A stretch of DNA of 64,000 nucleotides. Source: Microbotryum violaceum (lineage: Eukaryota). The stretch covers positions 744,001 to 808,000 of the forward strand of contig CDLV01000016.1 in assembly GCA_001244265.2 (NCBI GenBank). Direction: 5' to 3'. How positions within the stretch are numbered: the stretch's first letter is position 1; every line of letters begins with the position of its first letter. Shown one piece after another: positions 10,212-23,981 of the stretch. The translations under genes were made by a program, and so were the position numbers. Under the pieces are notes generated by a model. The model was not told the DNA's origin, did not search any database, and worked only from the letters and a program-made list of their open reading frames with translations.

Positions 10212-12511
10212 ATGGTCAACTCTGCGGGATGCGACCATCTGCTTTCAGCGCTCAAGCGGGGCGCTCAATCGTTGGACAAGTATGTCCTTGCCATTCGCTG
10301 GGGCTCCCAGCTGCTGGATGCACGTGCAATCACTTCAAAGGCAACAAGTGTGAGCACTCGCAAGCCACAATTGATCGCCTAAGCAGGCCATGTCATAGTT
10401 GCCCATACTTGCCTTTGATACTTTCTCTCGGGCTTTTTAGATTCATCCCTCGTGCTGCTCAGTCTGCTCCGCAACACCGCCTCGGCCATGTTTATGCCTG
10501 GACTGCGGAATGCTTTTATGTGGGCCAAACGCTCACCGCGGATCTCATCTTATCCAACATGCGGAGCAGTCTGACCACGCCCAATGTACGTGGTGTTTGC
10601 CCGTCTTTAGAGGGACATGGTGCGCTCCGAATGCGATTGCTCATCTTCGATGTTGCTCTCATTACGCACGTGTTGGCCACCGTTTCCCGCTCAGTTTGGG
10701 ATGTGCGTTCGCGCGCCATCTACTGTGTTCGTTGCGACGACTATATATTTCATCCCTCGATCGAGCGTCTCGTCGCAAGTGAGGCCGCGGCAGTGGGAAA
10801 GCTAAGTAAGCACGGAGAGCTGGCAGGCCGAACCGAACCGTTTCTGCATTCCGCAAAGGCCTGGCGTTGCTACTTTTGGCTAACACCGCGCATCGATATG
10901 TTGTTCAATGCTGTTTTTTCAGTAAACAGGACTGAAGTCACTGGCCACGGGGTCAAAGGGGCTCTGAGCCGTGAGTACAATTTTTACGAAGCGCAGATCA
11001 GCACTCCTGATCCGAATACGGCGCCTCCTTTCGCTAGCCCGGGGAATGCGGAATCTTGGCCAAACGTGCTATCTGAGCGTCGTCCTACAAGCGTTCATCC
11101 ATAATCCGCTCCTGAGAGCCCACTATCTGTCCGATCGACACAACCGGAAGCTCTGCGGGCAATCGGCAAAACATTCGGTCTGCCTCGCTTGCGAGATGGA
11201 TCGTCTCTTCTCGGACGTAAGCTTTTCCCTCTCTTCTTCGTTCCTTTAACCCGGACCTGTGCTGATTGTCACCGCTCATCCGATGTGGTGCGTGGCTCAG
11301 TATTGCACAACTTCAGAGTCCCCGTGCGGTCCGACTCAATTTTTGCATGCCATTTGGCAAAGCTCAAGTGATCTATCCGGTTACGCCCAGCAAGATGCAC
11401 ATGAGTGCCTGATTTCGGGTACGCCGACGTGCGCGCCCATGACAACAGCATCTCGGCAATGCTGACAGCATGCCTACGGATCCGTTGCTACAGCTCTCAA
11501 CCAGCTACACATGTCAAGCCCAGAAAGCTCGCCTTCGACCGACTGCAATTGTGTAGTGCATTCCACGTTCGCTGGTCAATTACGCTCACAAGTGACATGT
11601 GGAAGATGCAGGACAACTACCAGTTCCACAGAACTATTTCTCGATTTGAGTCTCGACCTACAAATGTCCGGTGTCACCACGAGCTTAAACGATTGCCTAG
11701 AAAGGTGTGTGCCGCTGACTTATCGCTCCCGGGGGTGTATTCAGGACTGAGACGATAGGTCCTGTTCAATTGCAGATTCACGAGATCCGAGCAGCTGGCT
11801 GAGAACGCCTACAAGTGCGCGAGATGTGGCGATTCGGTGCATGCTGCGAGTAAACAGCTGAGCATCGATCGCATGCCCCCTGTGCTTTGTATCCAACTCA
11901 AGGTCGGCGAGCGAGGCAATTATCTCAATGAGGTAGCATCAGTGAAGTTGCTGACGTCATCTGCCACCTGCACGTTCCAGAGGTTCGAACACACGCACAG
12001 CTCGCAAAAACTCGACAAGCCAGTGCGATACCCGCTGGTGCTAGATATGCAAGCATTCATGTCGCAGCGGCAGGACACGGCATTGCATCCTGAGTGAGTG
12101 AGAGCCCGAGACCCAAAGTAATACCAAGCTGCGGCTAATGCGGAAGCGTCATAGAATTGGCGCTTCGGGCCCCACTATCTTGTATCAACTCAACTCGGTT
12201 GTCTCTCATGAAGGATCACTTTCAACTGGGCATTGTGAGCATGTCAGCTCTGATCTGCGCAAACTGTCCTTTTGCTTACAATAACAACAAATCCACAATA
12301 GATACGGTGTTGTGTCGAGGTGACGATGATGTGCGTCACCCAATCGATTTTGATGTCGTAGAAGCACCGGGAGCTGGGCTGATTTATACTGCCTTGACCA
12401 AATTGGCCGCAGTTCTGGAACTTCGACGACGAAAGAATTCGGCGGGCGCCGCTGAGTGAGGTCTTGAACGTGCCCAACGCCTATCTTCTATTCTACGCTC
12501 AAGGCCATTGA
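10212..12511 (+). CDS. UBP8: Ubiquitin C-terminal hydrolase Ubp8/USP22-like with N-terminal zf-UBP (multi-exon)
   Basis: ZnF (CLDCG...H...H; IYCVRCDDYIF), Cys box GMRNLGQTCYLSVVLQAFIHNP, YAQQDAHE, C-terminal AYLLFY. Confidence 0.88.
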
Positions 12512-12878
12512 TTACATATAGCAGAGCATACCCCAGTTTTATTTCTCTACGCTGTCGTGCTTAGTTGGAAAAAGACGTATATTTTCAAAACAGAGATGTC
12601 TCCGCGCTCACCCCGAGCGCAACAGACAAAGCACGCAAAAACATTATCTTGACTTTCACAGGACAAGGGGCCGATCTTGTATGCCGACATAAACAGTATC
12701 AACCGGTTTCAAAAAACAACGAGACACGCATCCGGGTGAGAGGAGAAAAGAATTTGAGGTGTTTGGAGCCTGAATCATCGAGGAAAAGGTCCGTGGGCAG
12801 TAGTAGCATATGGACGTCCGTACAGTGTTACGGGATCTGCTATTGGCCCAATTGCGGGTGGGGAAAGTTCACAGCCTG

Positions 12879-15670
12879 TCAGATCTGTTCCGCAAAGGTT
12901 GATTTCTGGCCTTCTGCGACGTGGTCCGTGTCAGGCTGAAACATAGTATGTCAAGGAGGGCCGGGGAAGGGGGTACACCATCAGCTCACACGGCTCAAGA
13001 CCGACCACTCGAACGTGGCGGAAGCGCTTACCTTCGATCCACTGGTCTCGCCTTCACCGTCGGGAGCCCCAGCGGCACTCTTCTTTTCAACGGCGTAGCC
13101 GCTAGCATTCGTCTCGATTCCCGAATCGGCGGTAGGAGCCGAGTAGGAAGGCACCTCTTGAGCATCCGAGACAGGCGCAGCCAGGCGAGGAGCACCGTCT
13201 TCTGCGTTGGTGTGTTCGTGTGCGGCGGCAGCATGCTCATGCTCGTCCTCGTCCTCCTCTTCCTCTTCTTCCTCGGACTCTTCTTCGACCGAGGAGCCCT
13301 CCTCGGACTCCTCCTCGGACTCCTCTTCGCAGTAGCCTGCTGACCTGACAGCCGCAGGAACAGGTCCAGAGCGATCAAATGGCTCTGAAGAAGTCAGATA
13401 GACCTTGCTGAGCTGCTTGCAGTCGTTCCACCATTCGAGCACTTCATCGTGACTTCTAGCGCGGAAAGTGAAACTGGCGTCCATCGCAAAAAGACCGTTC
13501 TTTTGACCAACGTCACCGCCGAGTGCCTTCTTGCCTTCGATGTGGAACTTGTGAGAGCGAGCGTTGGGGCTCGTGGGTGCGCCAAGCGTGCACTCGGGGA
13601 GGAAAAGCGAGAGCTCCGGGTTGGGGTGCTTCTCAAGATCAGACGAAGCATGCTCGTGAAGATAGCCGGCGGGAGTGAGAATATAGAAAGACTCTAATTT
13701 GGGCGCGAGAAGTTAGCGGAGGACGAAGATGGAGCCGACTCCGACAGTGCAAAGCTCTGATGTACTCACCCTTGTACGTCTTCGTGTAGCGCTTCTTGCG
13801 CTCGAGGATTCCTTGATGGACGGGAATGACACTGGGGTCGTCCTTCCCCGGGTAGTTGATCGTCAACGGGTTCCTCAATGGCGTATCGGGGTCCAAGAGA
13901 TACTCGGAGCGTGAGGCGAATGCGATCCATTCGGTAGTGGGTGCTACGGAGCGCATGAGTTGCCCCATCGAGGCCCACGTCTCCTGAACTTGCGCGGATG
14001 CTCGAGCATTCCACTCGTCAAAGGTCTGCCACGCCATCTGGATCGCGCGAACAACGCCTTCCTCGAAATGCTCGGAATTTTGTTGCATAATGATAATGCT
14101 CTTCTGGAGAGCATTCTCTTCGTGTACTTGCTTCTGCAACTGGCGCGCAACGAGCGAGTTCGTGTACCTGTACACGTTACACTCTCACTTAAGGTCTCAT
14201 CGCTTTTGGGTAGGAAAATCGTGGCAATAAGGCGCAAGACTCACCAGGGGTCCTCCTTGGCATGAACGCCCATGGGGGTATTCTTGAGCATCGTAATGCT
14301 TCGAGCCAGGTCCGTGATCATCTTAGTCGAAAGCTCGCGTTCCTTCGCGACAGCAGCGGCGAGCTTGCCGGTGTCTTGTTGGATGTTTTTCACATGGGCC
14401 TTGAGCTCGGTGCGTAGCTTCTGCAAATGCTGAACGATCGAGCCCTCGACAGTCTTGGCCAAGTTGGCATGCGAATCGGCAATCGCGCGGGTTTTCTCGC
14501 GCTGTGGACGCACACGCACAGATACATAGTGGAGCTTCATCAGCTCGGTGTCGCGAGCCGACTCGATGTGGTGTGCCCGTTTCGACGACTTACGACCCCG
14601 TAGAAGATGTCTTGCACGCCTCCTTCGCCGAGGAACTGGAGATAAACGTGATCAGGTGTGAGTCCGTGCTGCCCAGATCCCAGATGGAGAGACTCATACA
14701 GAGAGCATGACCGACCTGGTTGCCCTCACGGAACGGGACCTGGATGACACCGCCGAGCTTGGTCAACTCTTTGGCGGTGTTGCTCTGGCATGGCCGTAGT
14801 TGAATGTTTTTGTCAGCAACGTCGAAGGAACAAGCCCAGAAAGCGCAGTTGCAAAATCACCTCGATGTCGGCAATGCCCTCGAAGTAGGCGATGAGGTTC
14901 TTCACAAGCCTCTTCCACGCGTTGAAGCGCTCGATCAGGACATCGGAAGGGCGTAATTCGTGACTGGTTCAAGCGGGCGGCGAAACCCCAGGAAGAAGAA
15001 ACAGTTGACACCATAACAGGTTAGTCAGGGTGATCAAATCTTCACAAACATGCGCTATCACTCACGGTCCTAAAGAAGAGGTGCCATTGACATCGGTGGG
15101 GCAGACGAGTCAGTCCGGCGGAGGGGCGGAGGGGCGGAGGAAGGGGTGGACAGGCAGCACGAATCAGCGTGCGAGGCTTCGAGACAAGAGGTGCATCATA
15201 GTCGATATCACCACGGCCTTGCCCAAAGGAAACTGTACATCCGTCGATCGATTTCAGGAGGCCTGCTTGATGCCACCATGCAAGCACGCATGCCGGCGAC
15301 CCGCCTCCCAAAACCGCTGCCCGGCTTCGCCCCCCAAGGCGGCGGGGGCGTGGCCTGCAGAGGGGTAAGTGAAGCTCGGCCTTGCCTGATGAGACCGATC
15401 GGCGAGCATCGAGTCGCTGGGGTGCCGTTCAGCTAGCCTGTCGAGGGTGGCATTGGATGAAGCCTCATGTACAGCGCGCCAGGCGCACAAGGGTAGACGG
15501 TCCCCCAGGTCTACCGCCATGTCTACGAGGTGATGATCAGGCGGGGTGGACTAACCGGTATTCTTCTTAATCAGCTGCGAGTTGCGTGAGGCCATCGACG
15601 ACTTGCGGGACACGCCCGTCGCGACCGAGCGCGGACGCTGCTGCTGTTGCTGCGATTGGCCGTATTCCAT
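12879..15670 (-). CDS. BAR-PH domain protein, Slm1/2-like (multi-exon)
   Basis: Coiled-coil region (HLQKLRTELKAHVKNI), PH domain (GILERKKRYTKTYK...FTFRARSHDEVLEWW), acidic tail; GT-AG introns. Confidence 0.8.
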
Positions 15671-16406
15671 CTTGAGTCGATTGGTTTAGATCAAGCTTCA
15701 GCGATGCAGTGGGTTGTAGGTCTGAGCAAATGGGGGCTTGGCGTTCGAGGAGGTTGATGGAAGCAGAAAGCAGGAAGCGGGAAGGCGCGCGCGCCTCGTT
15801 CGAGCCCACCAGAGCCAGCCCTTCCAAATTCGATGTGCGTCATAGCTTACTCGGGGTCATCGCCCCAAAATGGCAGCTCGTTGAGTCGTCTGAGGTCTCG
15901 CAGGTTATAAGCCGCCGTATGCGCTTGGAATCATCTCATACTTCAGTTCATTGTAAACATGCCCCCATTACCCGCTATCCTTCACTACAGTGGGTACGGT
16001 GCGAGCCGATTACCTCATCTGGTGGGCCGTGCCACGGTCACTGGCACGGTGGCACCAACTTGAAGTTGGGAGCTGTTACCATGTTGCCACCAGCCAAATG
16101 CAGCGGCAACTTATAAGCAGCATGCGATTGATCAATTGTTGGTCGGACCACTAGTAGGCGATGACTGCGCCGTGGGGGTTGTTTAGATGAATACTTTCTC
16201 AGTACCTAATGTCGCAGACTCCCTCAATCGACCCTTTCACTTGAAGACCGCAAGAAATGTCATCAGAGTGCAGAGGAGGAGAATAAAAAGTCTACGCTAT
16301 AAATTGCAATTTGAAACGAGAGCGAATGATGAGATCATTGGGGGGCATCCCAGAAAGGAGGCGACCGGGTTGTATTTGGAGATACGGAAACCGACTATAC
16401 CTACTG

Positions 16407-18609
16407 CTAAGCGGCATCGGAAGGCGGGCAGCAAGCGCTTTCCCGACACGAATCGGTTGCACAGAGCACCGCACACGAGTCGAGCTCCGGATCGACATTG
16501 ATCAATTTGGGCTTTGCATCAATGATCTCGGGCTGGATGGTTCTGTGTGGCACCATGCCATTTTCGCCGTGGTTAGTCTGGCCCAACACAGCTCAACACA
16601 TGGCGAACCCAGGTCACCGAGGCATCGAACCAACTCACGAGCTATGGATCCCGAAACGATGCATTACGCGGCGAATTTTGCTCGAGACTTCGATCATATC
16701 ATCACTAGCGGTCATGACATGCACCGATGCTACGCTCTTGGATTCGGACAACGACCAAACGTGCAGCTCTGCGGGAATCCGGCAGACGGCGAGCCATTAG
16801 CGTGAGGCTGGCACAGTTGTTTCTTCCACAACAGCCACATACCGTGAACATTGGCCACACCCGGTACATTCGCAATCGCCGTGCGTAATCGATCAAGCGG
16901 GATGGAGGATGGAACACCTTGCAAGAGGATGAAAGACGCGGATTTGGCTGTGTCAAAAGGCGCAGCAGATTTGAGCCTTAACTCCAAAGACACATCCCTT
17001 GAATACGCCTGTCCCTTACCTAGAGGCAAAGCGCTTGAGAAGATAATGCAGGTGATGACGAGCGAAATGAGTGGATCGCTATACATACGCCATTCGTAGT
17101 CGGTCAACCAGATGAAGAGGCCCGCCCCGATGACACCAACGTTACCGAGCTGTTATGACACAGCCGAACGGAAGAAAGCAAAGTATGGGTTTCAGAACAA
17201 TCAGTCCCAGACCAAAGTATAATCAGTATCCGTTTCTGATTCCGGACCGCAGGGGCCAGGCTCACAGCATCACCTAGTACATGCAGAAAGACGCCGCGCA
17301 TGTTCATGGATCCATCCTGACCGGACGTGGCAACGTCAGCGTCATGGGATTGCCCGTGGCCGTGATCGTGACCATGTCCCTCCGATTGCGAATCGCGCCT
17401 GACATGAGCTGTGGATTTTGTAGCAACTCCATTGCTCGTAGAAGCCGTTGCTCCATAGCCAGCCTCGTGCGCCGCCTTCACGATGTTGCCACGGAGCTCG
17501 CCAGGGTGCACGAAAAGCTCGTCTTCGGCACGGATGTCTTCACCTTCGTCAAGATCTTCTTCATTCTCGGGAAGCGTGGATGGACTCGTAGAAGCCAAGT
17601 GGGAGCGAGACGCGGATGGGGCAGGCGCGAGCAAAGGGGTTCTGTCTGACGGGCGGCCCGATTGGTGATCTTGTGGAGGCGGTCTGTCCGACTCTACGTC
17701 TCGAGTAAGTGTTGCATGGTTATGGCCGCCACCATGTGAGTGACCTCCACCGCCTCCAACGTGGGAGTGGCCGCCGTGGTCTGTCCTCCGTCGAAGACGT
17801 AATGTGAACATCAGGTAAGCTGCAGGACCAAGCCTCGAGGTCGGAGGCAAAGTGCGTACCATGAAATAAGAAGAGGCCGACTATGTTTGATACAAGGCCC
17901 GCAGTTCCAACAGCAACGATCAATTGGGGATTGGTGACAGCTGCAGCAGCGTTATTGCGCCGTGTCAGTGCAGCCTTGGGACTCGCCGGCCAGCGGAGCT
18001 CAAACGGACCTGCTCGGTTGAGGAATCGTGCGATTGCCTCCATTCCGATCGAAAAGCACAGAGCCAAAAGGAAAACACTGTTGATTAGAGCACCCAGTAC
18101 CTCGGCACGCTGCCATCCATAACTATATTTTGCCGAGGCCGATGAGCTCTCGGCCAGCTTCATGGCTTGCATGGCGACGAGTAGACTGCACACATCATTG
18201 AGCTATGCTAGGCGCAATCCCTTCAGCATTGGTGACCGTTCCTATTTTGAGATTGGCAAATGGATGACTGACCCTATAGCGCGTACAGGTCCAGCAAAGG
18301 CACATCGCACAGCCAAGGGAGTGCACCGTTAGCGGCGAACTTGCACTCAGAATCGCTGGCAGTTGATCACGACATACATATGAAAGCTGTCCGCAACAAG
18401 GGCGAGGCTGCCAACTGCGGTTCCGACACCAAGCTCCAAAATCAAGAAGGCTGTGTCGACTGTGTGAAACGGCCCGGGCGGTGCAAGTCGTCAGCCTCAG
18501 TTACCCAGAGCTTGGAAAGCCGGCTCTGCCCATGTTGGCTCGTTGGGACGAAGGTCTCACTGGCCAAGAGGAGCTTCAACCGGAAGCTACGAGACGAAGA
18601 CGACGACAT
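16407..18609 (-). CDS. ZRC1: Cation diffusion facilitator, Zrc1/Cot1-type zinc transporter (multi-exon)
   Basis: YSYGWQRAEVLGALINSVFLLALC, His-rich loops, SMNMRGVFLHVLGDA, YSDPLISL, SFILLQGVP, TIQPE, Cys-rich tail. Confidence 0.92.
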
Positions 18610-19714
18610 GGCGATGTTCTATGAGCGATGCTAGTGTACCGCCGGTGCGGATGGAGAACGGACAATCGCTAGGCGGCACGCCCGTTTGTAAGCGCTTGGT
18701 CTTTTCGGCTTTTGCTGCAAGGATTTGACGCGCCGATGCAGGCTTGCGCGCACGGACCCTCTCTCCCCCGTGGTCTCCCCCGTGGTCTTCCCCGTGGATG
18801 CTATAGCTGTGCTTCCCACACGCGAGCTCACGGGCGGTACTCGCAACGCACGTTCCCTTTCGGGCCTTCACTGCGTTGTCGACGTTTCCTTACCAGCTTC
18901 TGCGGCTGCGTTCACCACCTGTAGGGACAGGTGCATTCCTCACTCCCAAGGCTACCTCCCAGTTGACGAGGTCGCTGATCGAGAGTTCCATCTTGCCGGA
19001 CGTTCACAGCTGCTAGCAGCTCGTTATAAAACCCTCGACGTGGCTCGCTTAGGGTAGCTCGGGGTAAGTGCTTCGATACACCCAAGCTTGTTGTACGGTG
19101 TACTTTGCACTTGGATCCCTCCAAATTCTTTATGGGGGCATTTTGCTCCGGGTCCTTGTTGGGCAACGAGCTAAATCACATATCTCTCAGCAGACCCTTT
19201 GCCGTCCTTCGCACCAACCGCGCCCCAACTGTCTTTATACAGTGTCTTGCCTTTGTCGCAAAGGTATGCTGAGACGATCAGTGGACTTGCTCCATCATCA
19301 GTTGCAGCCGACTGACATCCAGAAGCTTGGGTCGCAAAGCTCCCAATTGTCATTGTTGTCCTTCGTCTCGCTGCAACTCGAACCACTATTCCGCTACGAC
19401 TCGCGCGAGTGGTCAGGAGAGTCGACCGCTGATATCTGCTGATATGTATCTGGGCTCTGGTCTTTCAAAATACTCTTTATACTATCAGAACTTCAAGTTG
19501 CGAAAAACAAAGGAGAAAAAGGAAGGGATATAGGAAGCCACTATATGAAAGCCAATTTGCCTCTGTGATGTTTATTATGGTGCATCGAATGTAGATCCCC
19601 CTCGATCTTCCCAGTGTACGTTTCTTACCTCTTCCCAATACTCCACTAGACATGGCAAAAATCAGGTGGTTTTTTCGAGGGCCGACAACTCTACCCGTAG
19701 AGGGGCTTCTGTAC

Positions 19715-20166
19715 TGTGACGGTTTTGGTGAGCCAAAAAGTCCAACCCCGGTCTGGCTTCAAGATCACGGGCGCCAAACTCCGCCTTGCACCTCGAGACA
19801 GTACGCCGAAACCCGATGGTCGTCTTAGACGGTCTCGCTACCTCGCTCTCGTTTTATTCCGTTCCATCTAATGACCTGGCGATCGGACATTGTTACTTCT
19901 CACTTGTAGAAAACCTTCCATCACCTCCCACAAAACCCCGTGGCTTTTTCAAGTACTTATAACAGCCGGCCCTCGCCGGATGGTTTCTCCTTTGCTTCCT
20001 GCAAGCAGCAACTCATACACACAACACGCAACTCAGACACATAGCTCAGACACATAGCTCAGACACACAGCTCAGATACATCACACTCCTTTGCAACACA
20101 GTCCCTACTCATCGCAACCAGTCTTTGGAAACCCCTACCTTTAAAATCCTGCTCAGTTGCTTCGCA
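19715..20166 (+). mobile_element. Probable LTR relic; right boundary uncertain
   Basis: Purine tract AGAGGGG shortly before a TGTGAC start; internal TATAA near 19957; 13-bp tandem CTCAGACACA(T/C)AG repeats at 20032-20080. Confidence 0.4.
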
Positions 20167-20609
20167 GTCCTGGCTATAGGCGGTTCAGCCAAAACATCCA
20201 ATATATATCTAGTGTACTGACAACTCTCGGATTAAGTAGAGCTGTCTTGCTTGAGGCGGTCTTGAGTTTTAAGTAATTGGAGTTATATCGCCCAGTCATA
20301 AGCGGACAGCCCATGTGCAGGCTCTCGTGGTGCGCGCACGAACCTGCACGAGAGGCTGGCATGGCGTGCTCACCGGAAGGTCGACCAGTCTCTAACCCCA
20401 GCGACCAGACCAGTGCGAAGGGTGTGGGGTACTAGGCAGCCTGGGCGGAGACTGTAACATAAACCGGCATTCTCACATGGAAACAATCAGTGCTCAAACT
20501 GATCACACACAAAGTACCGATTCCAACCGCGCGGTAAGTAAAGAAAAGTGTCTGTTTGTTTAAGAAATTGCCGTCTGACGAATCGGATGGTGCCGAGTTT
20601 CACGCTGGT

Positions 20610-22725
20610 CTAAGCAAAGATTGCCAGCGTGAACAAGACGCTGAGAATAGATGCGCCCACCCCCAATAGGACTTTGGGGTTCATCGAGACTGCACCGGAA
20701 GTGGTGCGGACGGCCGCGGAAGAAGTCGCAGCAATGGCCGAAGTCGAGGCTGTGCTAGCAGTCGAGAACACGGTCACAACGGCCAGAGTCGTGCTCGTAG
20801 TGGTCGTGGTAGACAAAGCAGCCGTTGTGGCAACTGAAGTTGTGACCACGGCGCCTGACAACGATGATACAGCACTATCAGCTAACGAATGTGTCCGCGC
20901 CTGTCCGCACAAACCAAAGCCCCTGAGCAATTTGCACCCGGGCGGATGGCTACGCCGCGGACTTGCGAGGAGCTCCGGATCGGAGGACAAGGTGCCCGAA
21001 CATGAAACCACAACTTACTGGTCGACGAAATAGGGCTATAGAACGGTGCAGAATGGGAACTGGATCCGTTTGATTGGCTCGAGACTCCGGATGCAGATGT
21101 GGATCCCTTAGACCCCGAAGCGGACCCCGAAGAGGACCCCGAAGAGGACCCCGAATAGGACCCGGAAGAGGACCCCGAAACGAAGCTGGAAGCGGACCCA
21201 GATGCTGACGCCGCGGAACTGGCGGCGGGGCTGGCGGAGCTGGGAAGGGCCAATGCATGATCTGACATGATTAAGATACGCATTCGGACGTGAAATGCAA
21301 GAGAGCCCATCGTTCTTTACCTCGCGAGAGTGACTGGCCCGGCATTGCCATTGATCGTGTTTTGAGCTACGCAGTTCGATGAGGCGCCCGCAGCGTGAGC
21401 CGGAGGAGCGGGGGTGGATCCATCTCCTTGCTCATAAGTGGTGAAACGACCACCTGAGACAGGGTAGATACCCGGCGGGTAATCAGTTCCATCACCTTCG
21501 CAAGTGCTACATAGAATGAACCAGCGTTGTGTCAACCGACGACAGCGTCCTGATTCTGCGCGCGTCAGCCCAAGTACAAGACTCACTCAAAACCACTGCC
21601 GTACTGTCCAGGATCGTTCCATCCGCAGCCTTGAAGGTCGTAGATATGTTGGCACCACAACCAGGCATCGGGCACTGACGGCTTGCACACGCGGATGCAG
21701 AACTCAGTGTCACTAATAAATTCGTGCCATTCATACACTTGGGTTCCACCCGAGTAGACGACCCCGCCGACGGGATTTCCTTGACCCGTAGCACCATGAG
21801 GGTCCAACTCGCCACCCTGCAATCATCGGTCAACAGGACGATCGTTAAGATGAAGCTCAGGTCCGAAGTGGCCATCGAAGCCAGTACGGTACCTCGTCGC
21901 CTCGTTGTACGTTCTGCAGGCAAAGAATTCCGTGTTCAGTGAAAAGTGCGCCATCACTACGACACGAAAGTACCCGCCATTGCTCACAATCTTGGTGAAG
22001 TCGCCTGTGCCGGTGATCTGGGTGTAATGCGGGGTCTCCAAGAAGTCTGTGGACGAGTATGAAATGTCCTCAGCACATTGTTCTTCGGGACCGCAGCCCT
22101 TGCTCGGCGTGGCTTGAGCACTTCAAACTCACGAGCCGATTTAATCGTGCCCTGTCGGCGGGGTGACGTGATAAGAGTGAAGAGAGCATGTCAGTCCCGG
22201 TGGAAAGCACACGGTCGTGTGGAAGCAAATGGGAACGAACCGCCGGCATGCTACGCGTGCCACGGTTTGGCGCTGTGCAATAGGCAACTTCATACGCCTC
22301 CGAGTCTCCGATGGCAACGCCAGCCCTCGGAGGAGCAAACAAGCAAAAATCGTTGAGAGAGCTGCACAGAACGTCGAGATTAGTTATCAACCGGGGGGCA
22401 TCCTGACGTCCTGACAGCGACTGCGCGGGTGTGGGTTGACAGACTCACTTGACCTGAAGCGTTCTGGACATCGAGCTCTGCGAAGGCAGACACGCGTCAG
22501 CATCGACCGAGCACTTTGGGCGGTGACTTCGTCCACTACAGGCCGCACTTGGGAGTTGGTCTGGCCTGCGACAAGCGTCGGAGACGCGAAGGCCAGAGCT
22601 GTGGGTTCGATGCCCACGCGAGGTGGTGGTCAGAACGCCGCGAGGGTTCACGGGACGGAGCAATGCGGGTAACGGCGCTACGCACCCATCAGGCCCATCA
22701 GGGGGGTGGAGCGGGTGTTGCGCAT
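20610..22725 (-). CDS. Secreted GPI-anchored mannoprotein, MP88/macrophage-activating-glycoprotein-like (multi-exon)
   Basis: SLNDFCLFAPP...IGDSEAYEVAYCT, GGELDPHGATGQGNPVGG, EWHEFIS..EFCIRVC, CQHIYDLQGCGWNDPG, Ser/Thr-rich stalk, hydrophobic C-terminal GPI-like signal. Confidence 0.85.
21095..21200 (-). repeat. 12-bp coding tandem repeat (SGSS-type units) in the mannoprotein stalk
   Basis: GGACCCCGAAGA-like units are repeated. Confidence 0.8.
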
Positions 22726-23981
22726 CTTTTGCTGAAGCGGCGAGGTGGGTGAAAGCGATGGGAAAGAAGGTGTAGGAAAGGATGGGGAGCAGTGTAGAAG
22801 GCCCTCAGTGGGGGTTGCTTTTGAAGGGTGGCACAAGGCTCAGAGGATCGGAAAGTCAACCAACTTCAACAAACCTGATTCGTCGAAACAACACGCGGGA
22901 CGCGCGCGGCGTCTCGCGGCGTGCCCGGAGTCCGAAGACCCAGGATTTCTATTTGATCGGAAATGCCCGGCGCGCGCTATCGCGAGCTTCAGCGCCTTGT
23001 GTGCGCTATTTCTGGACATCTGCCTAATGAAGTCAAGGAAGGTCGAGGTTTGCAACTGCAGTGGCGGGCGGTGGGGAGCTTCGAGCTTAGGCCTGAAGAG
23101 GCTGTGAATGGGGATTCGGGGAACTGGCAGGAACCGGTTTAGAGCGAGTCAGTACCTACCGCACCGCACACCAATCAGGGTGGCCGAGCATCATGCCCTG
23201 CTCCTTATTACTGCCTACCATAATTTTACTGTAAGTCAGTGGTTGTAAGGTAGCGTGCAATATACAACAAGTCAAGCCAGAGTAGGAATGCTCTCGCGTA
23301 ATTGGGCGGATGATACACCTTGGGTACCTTCCCTCGTCAATCTGGAACCAATTTTACCAGCGGTTTGAAGCTTGGGGCGAACGACGCGATCAAACCTGTA
23401 TACAGAAGAAAGTCGGTGACGCGGGTCGCCGTCTAGCTAGTATGTATCAGTGTCTAGGTGTTTGCTCAAAGTAGATACCTCAGCAGAAGAAGGTACCCAG
23501 GTAAAAGTTTCTACCTACCTGCTCCATGGGCAGACACTGCATACTACTAAATTGGCTTCAGCCATCAAACGTGCTCCTGAGAGCACCGTCCAGTGGCAAC
23601 GCGCAGTCCTGAGCAGTCCCGTAGAGCACTGGTGACGGTAAGTTAAGAGCTGAGTTGGCCATCTTAAGGGTATTTCCGGCAAATCCGGATCAATTCGTGT
23701 GATAGCAAGGCATAGCCGACACGCGTGTCGTTCGTGGTGCCGCTCGGCCGGCTCTCCATCTTCTGACAGGTCTCCTCTGCAAGCTGAAAAGATGATTATC
23801 GTCGAGGTAATTTGAGTCCAGTGCATACGACAACACTATATACAAGTAAACGCAGTTGCCGTTGCCGCTTTGCGTCAAGTAGGTACTTGTGCACATTAGC
23901 CCGGGCGGGGGGGCATCCTATTCTCAAAGTACCGTACTTGCTTGGTGATCGAGGGATCAAGCGCCCCGTCGGGCGCGAGCA

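Noticed and set aside
18700-19450. Possible degraded gene upstream of ZRC1
   Set aside because: Short ORFs with no recognisable motifs.
22598-22620. tRNA T-arm-like GTGGGTTCGATGCCCAC
   Set aside because: No cloverleaf; it lies antisense within the mannoprotein gene.
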